Below, piece after piece: positions 63,478 through 64,000 of a stretch of DNA of 64,000 bases (position 1 is its first letter; the number at the start of each line of letters is the position of its first letter). The stretch comes from Octopus sinensis. Taxonomy: Eukaryota. The notes beneath the pieces are model-generated. The model did no database searches and had not been told where the DNA came from. It saw only the letters and a program-made list of their open reading frames with translations. The translations under genes were made by a program, and so were the position numbers. The stretch covers positions 129,332,001-129,396,000 of the forward strand of contig NC_043001.1 of the NCBI RefSeq assembly GCF_006345805.1, given 5' to 3'.

Positions 63478-63680
63478 TGTGGAGGTATGTGGCTTAATGT
63501 TCAGAGTATTGGGCTCATGATCGTAAGATTGTGGTTTCAATTCCTGGCCTGAGCGATGCATTGTGTACTTGAGCAACACACTTCATTTCATGTTGCCACT
63601 CAGATGGAAAATATGAGTAATTCTGTGATGGACCAGCATCCTGTGGGGAATATATTTGCCATGGAAACCAGGAAATACAA
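63478..63680 (+). mobile_element. Decayed tRNA-headed SINE (C/D-like)
   Basis: GGAGGTATGTGGCTTAATG..GGTTTCAATTCC..GTGTACTTGAGCAACACACTTCATTTC..GGAAACCAGGAAA. Confidence 0.6.
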
Positions 63681-63739
63681 GTCTATATAACTCGGGAAGC
63701 AACTTAACTTTTTTTTATATATTTACATACAGATAAGTA

Positions 63740-64000
63740 TACTCTCCCTTTTACTCTTAACTCTTTTACATGTTTCAGTCATTTGACTGTGGCCATGCTG
63801 GAGCACCACCTTTAGTCGAGCAAATCGAGCAATTCTTTGTAAGCATAGTACTTATTTTAATTGTCTCTTTTGCCGAACTGCTAAGTTACGGGGATATAAA
63901 CACACCACCTTTAGTCAAGAAAATCGACCCCAGGACTTATTCTTTGTAAGCATAGTACTTATTTTAATGGTCTCTTTTGCCGAACTGCTAAGTTATGGGG
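63740..64000 (-). mobile_element. SINE family A 3' part with a ~100 bp internal tandem duplication, cut by the window end
   Basis: 63807-63906 is repeated from 63907. Confidence 0.8.

Overview
AT-rich eukaryotic DNA dominated by repeats. The SINE repertoire and microsatellite load look like an Octopus (coleoid cephalopod) genome; this is recognition from memory, not a database result. No host protein-coding gene could be established: most ORFs in the track are microsatellite read-throughs, and the few real coding signals are decayed transposon fragments (CR1, an APE endonuclease, R4/Dong, RTE-X, RTE, Tx1/L1, two Penelope-like elements, Tigger). Also present are mariner, Tc2-like and Helitron-like non-autonomous elements, four tRNA-derived SINE families, several near-identical tandem duplications at 50-55.5 kb, and a 100-N gap. 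The main result is that several long inverted repeats next to (TA)n tracts, which look like MITEs, carry Penelope-type hammerhead ribozyme motifs with short palindromic helix III. One is fully canonical (23913-24007), two are near-canonical (41121-41204, 29204-29293), one variant family occurs five times (13.1 kb, 54.3-55.4 kb), and one decayed motif sits in a tRNA-headed SINE-like palindrome (11.76-12.27 kb). All folds were worked out by hand and none is experimentally or computationally verified. Most SINE and LINE boundaries are approximate to tens of bases.
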